Assembly: GCA_041686025.1 (NCBI GenBank)
Contig: JAWLEP010000019.1
Span: 1 to 56,694 of the forward strand
Direction of reading: 5' to 3'
DNA from: Candidatus Fermentibacteraceae bacterium
Lineage (GTDB): Bacteria; Fermentibacterota; Fermentibacteria; Fermentibacterales; JCC-6
DNA length: 56,694 bases
Made by a program: the position numbers and the translations under genes. The notes below the pieces were generated by a model. It was not told where the DNA came from and ran no database searches. It worked only from the letters and a program-made list of their open reading frames with translations. Each line of letters begins with the position of its first letter. Position 1 is the first letter of the stretch. Below, one piece after another: positions 47,272 to 56,209 of this stretch.

Positions 47272-48746
47272 TGCTCAAGGGAACCCTTCCCACCATATTC
47301 GACAGGAGCCATCCGGGCCGGGAGGGAGCGGCGCTGCCGGAGCTGGACGTTCCGGAGACCGATGCCGAGGAGCTGGAGGGCCTGCTGAGGGAGGGGCCCA
47401 TCGGCCTCCCCGAGGTCACCGAGGGCCAGTGCACCCGGCACTACGTAACCCTCAGCTGTCGCAACTACCACATCGAGCAGGGCATCTACCCCCTGGGCTC
47501 CTGCACCATGAAGTACAACCCCAAGTTCCACGAGACGATAGCCCGGCTGCCGGGCTTCTGCGGCCTCCATCCGGAGCTGCCCGACCGTGAGGTTCAGGGC
47601 ACCCTGGAGATCCTCCGCCGCCTCTCGGAGATGCTGGGGGAGATCACCGGGTTCGAGGCGGTCTCGCTGCACCCGGCCGCCGGCGCCCAGGGCGAGCTCA
47701 CAGGCCTGATGGTGATCAAGAGCCTGCTGGAGGACTTGGGAGAGAAGGACCGTGACGAGGTCCTCATGCCCGACTCGGCCCACGGGACCAACCCGGCCTC
47801 CGCGGTGCTGGCGGGTATGAAGGTGGTGAACCTCAGCTCGGATTCCCGCGGCCTGGTGGACCTCGAAGACCTGCGGGAGAAGGCGGGCCCGAAGACGGCG
47901 GCGCTGATGCTCACCAACCCCAACACGCTGGGGCTGTTCGAGTCGGACATACTGGAGATCACGCGCATCGTGCACGAGGCCGGCGGCCGGGTCTACATGG
48001 ACGGGGCCAACATGAACGCCCTCATGGGCATCGCCCGGCCCGGCGACATGGGCTTCGACGTCTGCCACCTGAACCTGCACAAGACCTTCTCCACGCCGCA
48101 CGGCGGCGGGGGCCCCGGCTCCGGTCCGGTGGCCTGCACCTCCGAGCTGGCCCCCTATCTGCCACATCCCAGGGTGGTCCGCGACGACGACGGAGGCTAC
48201 AGGCTGATCGACCGCGGGGGCCAGGCCTTCGGCCGCCTGCTGGCCTTCGCCGGGAACGTGGGGGTCTGCCTGAAGGCATTCGCCTACGTGCTCTCCATGG
48301 GACCCGAAGGGATACGCAGCGTCAGCGAGAACGCCGTCATCAACGCCAACTACCTGAAGGCGCTGCTCTCGCAGAAATACGAGATCCCCTACGACCGCGG
48401 GCCCTGCATGCACGAGTTCGTGGCCTCCGGCGGCCGCCAGAAGGACGCGGGGGCGGCCACCCTGGACATAGCGAAGCGGCTCCTTGACTACGGATGCCAC
48501 GCGCCCACAGTATACTTCCCCCTGATAGTCAGGGAGGCTCTCATGATAGAGCCTACCGAGACGGAGAGCGTGGAGAGCCTGGATGCCTTTGCCGAAGCCA
48601 TGCTCTCCATCGCCTGCGAGGTGGAAAGCAAGCCCCACCTGGTCACGGACGCTCCGGTGAGCACCCCGGTGCTCCGGCTGGACGAGGTGAGGGCCGTCAA
48701 GGACCTCTGCGTCGTGGAGCCATGGGATCGTCCGGAGAGGGAGTAG
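47268..48746 (+). CDS. gcvPB: Glycine dehydrogenase subunit 2
   Basis: YPLGSCTMKYNP, SAHGTNPAS, PLP lysine in HLNLHKTF, HGGGGPG, EPTETE. Confidence 0.96.
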   Translation: MMLKGTLPTIFDRSHPGREGAALPELDVPETDAEELEGLLREGPIGLPEVTEGQCTRHYVTLSCRNYHIEQGIYPLGSCTMKYNPKFHETIARLPGFCGLHPELPDREVQGTLEILRRLSEMLGEITGFEAVSLHPAAGAQGELTGLMVIKSLLEDLGEKDRDEVLMPDSAHGTNPASAVLAGMKVVNLSSDSRGLVDLEDLREKAGPKTAALMLTNPNTLGLFESDILEITRIVHEAGGRVYMDGANMNALMGIARPGDMGFDVCHLNLHKTFSTPHGGGGPGSGPVACTSELAPYLPHPRVVRDDDGGYRLIDRGGQAFGRLLAFAGNVGVCLKAFAYVLSMGPEGIRSVSENAVINANYLKALLSQKYEIPYDRGPCMHEFVASGGRQKDAGAATLDIAKRLLDYGCHAPTVYFPLIVREALMIEPTETESVESLDAFAEAMLSIACEVESKPHLVTDAPVSTPVLRLDEVRAVKDLCVVEPWDRPERE

Positions 48747-49165
48747 AAAGACTGGAGTGGGTCTCCCATCCCGCCCGGGAGAGGCCGGGGGCAACGCTGC
48801 TGCTGGTGGCGATAATCCTCCTGGCGGGTGTGGCCGCCTCCGCCTACGGCGGCAACGTATGGTGGGGCATAGTGGGGGTCGTTCTCATCGGCCTGACCAT
48901 GTGGACCTACTTCCTTCCCTGCCGGTTCGTCATAGACGACTGGGGGGTCCGCAAGAAATCGCCGTTCGGCGAGGAGAAGATGAGCTGGGACCGCATAAGG
49001 AGCTACGTGCCGGACAGGTACGGCGTTCTGCTCAGCCCCTTCGCCGAGCCGACCAGACTGGCCAAGTTCCGGGGGCTCTCGGTGCAGTTCACCGGAAACA
49101 GGGAGGAGGTCCTTGAGCGTATCCGATCCGGGGTTGAGGGAGATTCTGCCCCGTCAGACGGATGA
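48722..49165 (+). CDS. Two-TM hypothetical protein with a small beta domain
   Basis: Overlaps the gcvPB end; two hydrophobic helices; LLSPF...RL..FRG. Confidence 0.75.
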   Translation: MGSSGEGVERLEWVSHPARERPGATLLLVAIILLAGVAASAYGGNVWWGIVGVVLIGLTMWTYFLPCRFVIDDWGVRKKSPFGEEKMSWDRIRSYVPDRYGVLLSPFAEPTRLAKFRGLSVQFTGNREEVLERIRSGVEGDSAPSDG

Positions 49166-49574
49166 CGGTGAGGAGGACTTCTCCGACCTCATGGCGAAGA
49201 TGGCCCGGGCGGTAGTCGAGAGGCAGCTGACGGTACCCGCCATCGTGTTCCTGGAATCGGTGAAACCCCTTTCTTTCCTGGGGAACCAGCTGATGATATT
49301 CCTCAACCCGATGGTGTCCCTGATAGTGACCTCCAAGGACTACTACCGTTTCGTTCGTATGATAGAGGACCGCGACAACGTCGAGAAGCTGATAGAGGAG
49401 ATAGAGGACACAAACGCCCGCTGGCAGGAGCGGCAGAGGGAGCTGCGGGAGCAGCGCAGGAAGAAGCGCGGAAAGCGCCGGTTCCTGGGGCTCTTCGGCC
49501 GCCGCTCGGACGCGGGGGACAAGGAGGGAGATGGCAGTGGCCAGCAAGGAGATAACCAGAATCCTGGCGACTGA
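49113..49574 (+). CDS. Hypothetical protein
   Basis: SD GGAGGAGG + TTG; core PAIVFLESVKPLSFLGNQ; charged tail. Confidence 0.75.
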   Translation: MSVSDPGLREILPRQTDDGEEDFSDLMAKMARAVVERQLTVPAIVFLESVKPLSFLGNQLMIFLNPMVSLIVTSKDYYRFVRMIEDRDNVEKLIEEIEDTNARWQERQRELREQRRKKRGKRRFLGLFGRRSDAGDKEGDGSGQQGDNQNPGD

Positions 49575-51411
49575 CTGCGGCAGCACCACCACCAAAGCCA
49601 TCCTCATAGAGAAGAAGGGCGATGAGTACCGTCTCATTCGAAGGGGAGAGGCTCCCACCACGGTGGAGGCTCCCGCGGAGGACGTCACCAAGGGGGTGCT
49701 GAACGCTGTCGGCGAGATAGAGGACCTGGAGGGACGCCAGTTCCTCAACGACCAGCGCGACGGAGTGCTGGTCACCGAGGACACCTCCAAGGGAGTCGAC
49801 CTCTACGTCTCCACGTCCTCCGCCGGAGGCGGCCTGCAGATGACGGTTGCCGGGGTGGTCAAGAGCATGACCGGGGAGAGCGCCCAGCGGGCGGCCCTGG
49901 GAGCCGGGGCCATCGTCATGGACGTGGTGGCCACCAACGACGGCCGTCTCCCCCACGAGCAGGTGGCCGACATCCGCAGGTTCCGTCCCGACATGATACT
50001 GCTCTCGGGGGGAATCGACGGGGGCACGACGGAGCACGTCGTCCAGCTGGCCGAGATCATACGTGCCGCAGACCCCAAGCCGCGCTTCGGAGTGGGCTAC
50101 AAGCTCCCGGTGATCTACGCCGGCAACAAGGACGCCCGGGAGCTGGTGGCCGACGAGCTGGCCGAGAACATGGAGCTGAAGATCGTGGAGAACATCCGGC
50201 CGGTCCTGGAGCACGAGAACCTGGGCCCGGCCAGGGACACCATCCACGAGCTCTTCATGGAGCACGTGATGGCCCAGGCCCCCGGGTACCCCAGACTTAT
50301 GAGCTGGACGGGATACTTCGCCGAGGGCCAGGAATGGAAACAGGTCCCCATCATGCCCACCCCGGGTGCGGTGGGCAAGCTGATCGAGACCGTGGCCCAC
50401 AACGAGGGCATCGAGGTGATGGGCGTGGACATCGGCGGCGCCACCACCGACGTGTTCAGCGTCTTCGAGGCCGGCGAGGAGAAGGTCTTCAACCGGACGG
50501 TCTCCGCCAACCTGGGCATGAGCTACAGCGTATCCAACGTGCTGGCCAGCGCCGGGATGGATAACGTCATGCGCTGGGTCCCCTTCGACATGGAGGAGGC
50601 CGACCTGCGCAACAGGATCCGCAACAAGATGATCCGCCCCACCACCATTCCGCAGGCCCTGGAGGAGCTGATCATAGAGCAGGCCATAGCCAGGGAGGCC
50701 CTGCGCCTGGCCCTTGTGCAGCACAAGGACCTGGCCCGGGGGCTGAAGGGAGTGGCCCAGGAGCGGACCATCGGCGACGCCTTCGAGCAGACCCAGACCG
50801 GCGGTACCCTGGTGGACATGATGGGCCTCGACCTGCTTATAGGCTCGGGCGGAGTGCTCTCCCACGCCCCCAGGCGGGCGCAGGCGGCGCAGATGCTCAT
50901 CGACGCCTTCCTGCCCGAGGGGGTCACCATGCTGGCGGTGGACTCCATCTTCATGATGCCCCAGCTGGGCGTCCTCTCCGAGGTCAAGCAGGACGCGGCC
51001 ACCGAGGTCTTCGACAAGGACTGCCTGATTCGCCTGGGCACCTGCGTGGCCCCCAGCGGCCCGCAGCGCAAGCTCAAGGGAGCCCTGGCCGAGATAGAGC
51101 TGGAGATGCCCGACGGCCAGACGCAGAAGATCGACCTCCAGCCCGGCGAGATCAGGGTCATCCCTCTGGCCGTAGGCGAGAAAGCCGGCGCCAGGATCGA
51201 GCCGGCCAAGAACATCGACGTGGGCGCCGGCCAGGGCGACGCCTGGGAGGGCGACCTGGAGGGCGGCGTAGTGGGCCTGATACTGGACGGCCGCGGCCGC
51301 CAGCCCTTCAACCTCCCCGAGGACCACTCGGAGAGGGTTCAGAAGCTGCAGGAGTGGGCAAAGGCCCTGGAGTCTTACCCCGAGCGTTACCTTCACATGG
51401 GGGAGGAGTAG
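49531..51411 (+). CDS. GlmL-like (glutamate mutase L family) ASKHA/actin-fold ATPase
   Basis: Phosphate-1 ATDCGSTTTKA, SSAGGGL, AALGAGA, LLSGGIDGG, MPTP, phosphate-2 VDIGGATTDVFS, IGSGGVLSH; C-terminal LDGRGR extension. Confidence 0.85.
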   Translation: MAVASKEITRILATDCGSTTTKAILIEKKGDEYRLIRRGEAPTTVEAPAEDVTKGVLNAVGEIEDLEGRQFLNDQRDGVLVTEDTSKGVDLYVSTSSAGGGLQMTVAGVVKSMTGESAQRAALGAGAIVMDVVATNDGRLPHEQVADIRRFRPDMILLSGGIDGGTTEHVVQLAEIIRAADPKPRFGVGYKLPVIYAGNKDARELVADELAENMELKIVENIRPVLEHENLGPARDTIHELFMEHVMAQAPGYPRLMSWTGYFAEGQEWKQVPIMPTPGAVGKLIETVAHNEGIEVMGVDIGGATTDVFSVFEAGEEKVFNRTVSANLGMSYSVSNVLASAGMDNVMRWVPFDMEEADLRNRIRNKMIRPTTIPQALEELIIEQAIAREALRLALVQHKDLARGLKGVAQERTIGDAFEQTQTGGTLVDMMGLDLLIGSGGVLSHAPRRAQAAQMLIDAFLPEGVTMLAVDSIFMMPQLGVLSEVKQDAATEVFDKDCLIRLGTCVAPSGPQRKLKGALAEIELEMPDGQTQKIDLQPGEIRVIPLAVGEKAGARIEPAKNIDVGAGQGDAWEGDLEGGVVGLILDGRGRQPFNLPEDHSERVQKLQEWAKALESYPERYLHMGEE

Positions 51412-51413
51412 AT

Positions 51414-52538
51414 ATGGCCTTCGCATACACACCGGGACTGAGAGTTGCGGAGCTTACCGAGATAACCAAGCAGCGGCGCCTTCCCCTCAAGGGTGAGGTG
51501 ACCGTGGAGAAGGGCGCCTCGGTTGACGCCGACACGGTTGTGGCCAAGACCGACCTGCCCGGCAACGTCAGGATGCTCAACATCGCCAAGATCATCGGCC
51601 TGCCTCCGGGGGACATCCCCGAGCTGATGCTGGTGGACGAGGGCGACGCCATAGAGGAGAAGCAGACCCTGGCCCAGTCAAAGGGGCTGTTCGGACTGTT
51701 CAAGAACACGGTCAGGTCTCCCATCGAGGGGATCTTCGAGAGCTTCAACGAGGTAACCGGCCAGGCGGTGCTCCGCGAGCCTCCCATTCCCGTGGAGGTG
51801 GACGGCTACGTGGCCGGAAGGGTCACCGGGATCCTGGCGGACGAGGGAGTCGAGGTTACCACAACCGGCACCTTCATACAGGGGATCTTCGGCATAGGCG
51901 GAGAGACCCGAGGCGAGCTGGAGGTGGTGGTGGACGACCCCGCCCGCGAGCTCACCGCCGACCTGCTGGACGAGTCCCACCGGGGAAAGGTGCTCGTAGG
52001 GGGAAGCTACGTTACCCGCCAGAGCCTGGAGAGGGCCGTTGAGCTGGGCATCAACGCCATTGTGGTGGGCGGCTTCGACGACAAGGACCTCAAGGAGTTT
52101 CTGGGCTTCGACCTGGGCGTGGCCATCACCGGCCACGAGGACAAGGGCATCACCCTGGTGCTCACCGAGGGCTTCGGTCGCATGGAGATGGCCCACGCCA
52201 CCTTCGAGCTCTTCGGCAAGCGGCAGGGCATGCTGGCCAGCGTGAACGGCGCCACCCAGATTCGGGCCGGAGTCATGCGCCCGGAGGTGGTGATACCCGT
52301 AAGCGGCGCCGAGGAGAAGAAGGGCCCCGGCGACCACGAGGCGGGGGCCATGGACATAGGCTCGGAGATCCGGGTCATCCGCGCCCCCTTCTTCGGGAGG
52401 CTGGGCAAGGTGACCGAGCTGCCCCCCGAGCTGCAGGAGCTGGACTCCGAGGCGAAGGTCCGGGTCCTCGGGGTGAAGTTCGACGACGGGGAAGAGGCAA
52501 CGGTGCCCAGGGCCAACGTGGAGCTGATAGAGAAGTGA
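51414..52538 (+). CDS. Hypothetical soluble partner of the GlmL-like ATPase
   Basis: SD GGAGGAG; AYTPGL, RRLP..GEV.V..G..V, QGIFGIG, TEGFG; C-terminal KOW-like IRVIRAPFFGRLGKV. Confidence 0.85.
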   Translation: MAFAYTPGLRVAELTEITKQRRLPLKGEVTVEKGASVDADTVVAKTDLPGNVRMLNIAKIIGLPPGDIPELMLVDEGDAIEEKQTLAQSKGLFGLFKNTVRSPIEGIFESFNEVTGQAVLREPPIPVEVDGYVAGRVTGILADEGVEVTTTGTFIQGIFGIGGETRGELEVVVDDPARELTADLLDESHRGKVLVGGSYVTRQSLERAVELGINAIVVGGFDDKDLKEFLGFDLGVAITGHEDKGITLVLTEGFGRMEMAHATFELFGKRQGMLASVNGATQIRAGVMRPEVVIPVSGAEEKKGPGDHEAGAMDIGSEIRVIRAPFFGRLGKVTELPPELQELDSEAKVRVLGVKFDDGEEATVPRANVELIEK

Positions 52539-52579
52539 TCGGCCCCCTGGGGCACTCCGATACGAACGCGTTGCATCGG

Positions 52580-52608
52580 GGGCTCCGGCTGCCGCCGGAG
52601 CCCTCTTC
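52580..52608 (+). terminator. Intra-cluster hairpin (terminator or mRNA stabiliser)
   Basis: GGGCTCCGGC-TGCC-GCCGGAGCCC followed by TCTTC. Confidence 0.55.
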
Positions 52609-52638
52609 GCCATGAGCGACATTCCAAGGGGGGAGGGC

Positions 52639-53796
52639 ATGAAGACTCGGACCTTTTCAGCCATGGTCCCCGCCGTGCTCCTGATCGCCGCCGCAGTGGC
52701 CGCCCAGCCGGTTAGGGTGGAGAACCTGGAGGCCCAGGACTCCCCCAACGACGCCGGTGGGGCGGTGGAGCTGCGGTGGAGCCTTTCCGACGGAACGGAC
52801 TTTCCAGACAGCATCACCGTCCTCAGGGAGTCCCCGGACGGCGGGATGGAGGTAGTGGGAACCAAGCCTGGCGTGTCCACGGGAGACGTGGATACGGGTC
52901 TGGAGAACGGCCGGGAGTACAGCTACCTGGTGCGAGTTCACAGGGGCGGTGAGGTTGCCGCCGAGCTGGGGCCGGTATCCGCCGTGCCCGCGGCCCAGTG
53001 GCTGCACACCGAGCGATGGGGCATGCTGGTGATCCTGATCATTCTGGCAGGCTTCATCCTCTACTTCATCGAGCAGGGCAAGAAGGGACGCGAGCTCTAC
53101 ATCCGGGAGATCGCCGGCCTGACTGCAGTCGACGACGCAGTTGGCCGGGCCACCGAGATGGGCCGGCCCGTCCTGTACGTACCCGGCATCATGGACATGG
53201 ACAACATCCAGACCATAGCCAGCATGGTGATACTGGGCCGGGTGGCGGCCAGGACGGCCAAGTTCGGGTCGCCGCTGCTGGTGCCGGTGAGCAAGAGCGT
53301 GGTGCTCAGCGTCTCCCAGGAGGTGGTGAAGGAGTCCTACCTGGAGGCCGGCAGGCCCGACGCCTACCAGTCCGACAACATCTTCTACCTCACAGACGAC
53401 CAGTTCGGCTACGCCGCCGGAGTGGACGGCATAATGGTCCGGGAGAGGCCGGCGGCCATCTTCCTGCTGGGGACGTTCTACGCCGAGAGCCTGATCCTGG
53501 CGGAGACCGGCCGCAGCGTGGGGGCCATACAGATCGCGGGCACCGCGATGCCCAGCCAGCTGCCCTTCTTCATAGCAGCCTGCGACTACACGCTGATAGG
53601 CGAGGAGCTCTTCGCCGCCAGCGCCTACCTCTCCCGCGAGCCCAAGCTGCTGGGAAGCCTCAAGGGCCAGGACGTGGCCAAGCTGTTCTTCATCGCCGTG
53701 ATAATCGTCGGAGTGCTGGCCTTCACCCTGGGCGACTTCTGGGAGCCCGCGAACGAGGTGGCCGACTTCATCCGCTTGCTCACCCACGTGGAGTAG
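52639..53796 (+). CDS. Membrane protein: signal peptide, FN3-like domain, DUF6754-like domain
   Basis: D.PND.G..V.L.W...YSY.V beta-sandwich; TM; IAGL.A...AVGRATEMG; LIGEELFAASAYL; TM. The DUF label is from recall. Confidence 0.8.
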   Translation: MKTRTFSAMVPAVLLIAAAVAAQPVRVENLEAQDSPNDAGGAVELRWSLSDGTDFPDSITVLRESPDGGMEVVGTKPGVSTGDVDTGLENGREYSYLVRVHRGGEVAAELGPVSAVPAAQWLHTERWGMLVILIILAGFILYFIEQGKKGRELYIREIAGLTAVDDAVGRATEMGRPVLYVPGIMDMDNIQTIASMVILGRVAARTAKFGSPLLVPVSKSVVLSVSQEVVKESYLEAGRPDAYQSDNIFYLTDDQFGYAAGVDGIMVRERPAAIFLLGTFYAESLILAETGRSVGAIQIAGTAMPSQLPFFIAACDYTLIGEELFAASAYLSREPKLLGSLKGQDVAKLFFIAVIIVGVLAFTLGDFWEPANEVADFIRLLTHVE

Positions 53797-53805
53797 GAGG
53801 GCGGG

Positions 53806-54465
53806 ATGAGACTATACGTACCGCTTGCGATAACGTTCGTTGCGGGGATGATCATGATCCTGCAGTTCTTCATCCCCCACCAGCCCTTCCCCATGCTGGG
53901 AGACGGGGTACAGGACTGGTACGTCATCGTGGCCTCTTCGGCCATCTTCCTGGGCATCCTCAACCTGCTGCGGGTTCACGTAAAGAAGATCCGGCTCCGG
54001 AAAAGGCACTGGCAGTACAGCCCGGTGACCATAGTCGGCTTCCTGACGATGTTCGTCAGCGGAGTGGCGTGGGGAGTCACCGAGGAGACGCCGTTCTACT
54101 ACCTCTTCAACCAGATGGTGGTGCCCATGGGGGCCACCATGTTCAGCCTGCTGGCCTTCTTCGTGGCCTCGGCCGCCTTCCGGGCCTTCCGGGCATCCAA
54201 CTGGCGGGCCACCCTGCTTCTGGCCTCGGCCTTTCTGGTGATGCTGGGCCGGGTCCCCATAGGTGACATCATATGGCGCTGGATACCCGGCGCCGCCGAG
54301 AGCTCGCACCCCTACCTGGTCAGCGAGATCGCAGAGTGGATCATGCAGTTCCCCAACATGGCCGGGCAGAGGGCGATACTCATCGGCGCCGCCATGGGCG
54401 TGGTGGCCACCTCCCTGCGCATGATCTTCGGCATCGAGCGCAGCTACCTGGGAGGTGCTGACTGA
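53806..54465 (+). CDS. Multi-pass membrane protein
   Basis: SD AGGAGG; about six hydrophobic helices; FSLLAFFVASAAFRAFR, RAILIG. Confidence 0.85.
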   Translation: MRLYVPLAITFVAGMIMILQFFIPHQPFPMLGDGVQDWYVIVASSAIFLGILNLLRVHVKKIRLRKRHWQYSPVTIVGFLTMFVSGVAWGVTEETPFYYLFNQMVVPMGATMFSLLAFFVASAAFRAFRASNWRATLLLASAFLVMLGRVPIGDIIWRWIPGAAESSHPYLVSEIAEWIMQFPNMAGQRAILIGAAMGVVATSLRMIFGIERSYLGGAD

Positions 54466-55328
54466 TGAAGAAGCTCCTGGAACGCATAGGCAACGTAGAC
54501 CGGCGGGTGATCTTCGTGCTCATGGCCCTGGCGGTGATAGTACCCCTGGCCCTGAAGCTCACCATGGAGATGCCGGTGGGCGAGGGCCCCAGCTACGAGC
54601 TCTACGAGTACATCGACCAGCTCCCGGCCGACTCCCGTGTACTGATGAGCTTCGACTACGACCCGTCCACCAAGCCCGAGCTGCAGCCCATGGCCCGGGC
54701 TCTGGTGGCCCACATGCTGGGCAGCGATCTGAACATCGTGGCCATGGCGCTGTGGCCGCAGGGGGCTACACTGGGCCAGGAGATTCTGTCCGGCGTATCG
54801 GACAGCCTGGGAGCCGAGCAGTACGAGGACTGGGTGAACATGGGATACAAGACCGGGGGGCAGGTGCTCATCGTCCGTCTGGGCACATCCATCGAAGCCG
54901 CGTTCCCCACGGACCTGGAGAACGTCCCCTACGGGGAGATCCCGATGCTCAGCGACGTAAGCACCCTGCGCGACTTCGACCTGGTGGTCACCCTCTCCGC
55001 CGGAGACCCGGGCATACCGGCCTGGGTGATGATAGCCAGCGACCGCTTCGGAGTACCCGTGGGCGGGGGCTGCACGGCGGTGAGCGCCCCGCAGTTCTAC
55101 CCCTACCTGCAGCAGCGGGATGGCGAGAGGCCCCAGATGGAGGGGCTGCTGGGAGGCCTGAGAGGCGCCGCCGACTACGAGACGCTGATTGAGCGTCCCG
55201 GCCTGGCGGCGGCGGGCATGTCGGCGCAGTCCATAGCCCACCTGGTGATAATGGTGTTCATAGTGATCGGCAACATCACCTTCTTCGCCACCGGCAGGAA
55301 GAAGAGGACGAAGGGAGGCGGACGATGA
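54465..55328 (+). CDS. Membrane protein (TM-soluble domain-TM)
   Basis: TGATG coupling; DRRVIF, SFDYDP...EL.P, WVNMGY, GLLGGLRGAADYE, QSIAH. Confidence 0.85.
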   Translation: MKKLLERIGNVDRRVIFVLMALAVIVPLALKLTMEMPVGEGPSYELYEYIDQLPADSRVLMSFDYDPSTKPELQPMARALVAHMLGSDLNIVAMALWPQGATLGQEILSGVSDSLGAEQYEDWVNMGYKTGGQVLIVRLGTSIEAAFPTDLENVPYGEIPMLSDVSTLRDFDLVVTLSAGDPGIPAWVMIASDRFGVPVGGGCTAVSAPQFYPYLQQRDGERPQMEGLLGGLRGAADYETLIERPGLAAAGMSAQSIAHLVIMVFIVIGNITFFATGRKKRTKGGGR

Positions 55329-55975
55329 CCATCGAGATACTGGGGATCTGGGCGGGAGCCCTTCTGACGCTCTGCCTCTACAGCTTCCTCTACCGCGACA
55401 ACCCCTTCTACCGGTTCGCCGAGCACCTCTTCGTGGGAATGAGCGCCGGCTACTGGGCCGTCTACACCATCTTCTACGTGCTCAAGCCCAACTGGTGGGA
55501 CAGGCTGGTGGGGGCCGGAGACGCCGACCCCAACCTGCTGTGGATCATCCCCGGCGTGCTGGCGATGCTGATGCTGCTGCGGGTGGTGCCCAAGCTGGCC
55601 GTGTACTCCAGGCTCCCCCTGGCGCTGATAGTGGGCGGGGGAGCGGGCCTGCAGCTGGTGACCTTCTTCCAGACCAACGGACTGAAGCAGGTGGAGAACA
55701 CCATCATCCCCCTCACCGGCGGCGGAACGGTGGGCCTGGTGAACAACCTGATACTGGTGGCCGGCGTGGTCTGCGGCCTGGTCTACTTCTTCTTCTCCAA
55801 GGCCCACAAGGGCTTCACCGGGGGCATGGCCAGCACCGGCATCACCATACTGATGGTGGCCTTCGGAGCCAGCTTCGGATACACTGTAATGGCCCGTATC
55901 AGCCTGCTGATCGGCCAGACCCAGTTCCTGCTCTTCGAATGGCTGCCCACCATACCCAGGGTGCTGGGTCTGTGA
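55325..55975 (+). CDS. Multi-pass membrane protein
   Basis: ATGA overlap; SFLYRDNPFYRFAEHLFVG, YFFFS, FGASFGYTVMAR. Confidence 0.85.
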   Translation: MTIEILGIWAGALLTLCLYSFLYRDNPFYRFAEHLFVGMSAGYWAVYTIFYVLKPNWWDRLVGAGDADPNLLWIIPGVLAMLMLLRVVPKLAVYSRLPLALIVGGGAGLQLVTFFQTNGLKQVENTIIPLTGGGTVGLVNNLILVAGVVCGLVYFFFSKAHKGFTGGMASTGITILMVAFGASFGYTVMARISLLIGQTQFLLFEWLPTIPRVLGL

Positions 55976-56002
55976 GGGCGAATTGGGGCGGGAATGCGGT
56001 TC

Positions 56003-56031
56003 TTGACAGCCCGGAGGGTAGTACCTATTCT
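56003..56031 (+). promoter_or_regulatory. Sigma70 promoter
   Basis: TTGACA-17 nt-TATTCT. Confidence 0.8.
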
Positions 56032-56209
56032 CTTCGCAGCGCTCTGGGAAAGGGGTATCTCAGTCCATTTGAAGCTGCGTTGAATGCAGAATTGCTTTTG
56101 ATCATTCGTGGTTCCCGCCGGATCGGACAAGGGCTGTGGACACAGTCTCTTACCAGTGAACCGGCGGAGGGTTCCGGCTTTACAGCAAAGGGGAGAAAGG
56201 AGAAAAGGC

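Noticed and set aside
49531..51411. DNA mismatch-repair MutL, or a glutamate mutase operon
   Set aside because: The motifs are ASKHA-type, not GHKL; the name overlap is historical. No mutase S/E subunits are in the window.
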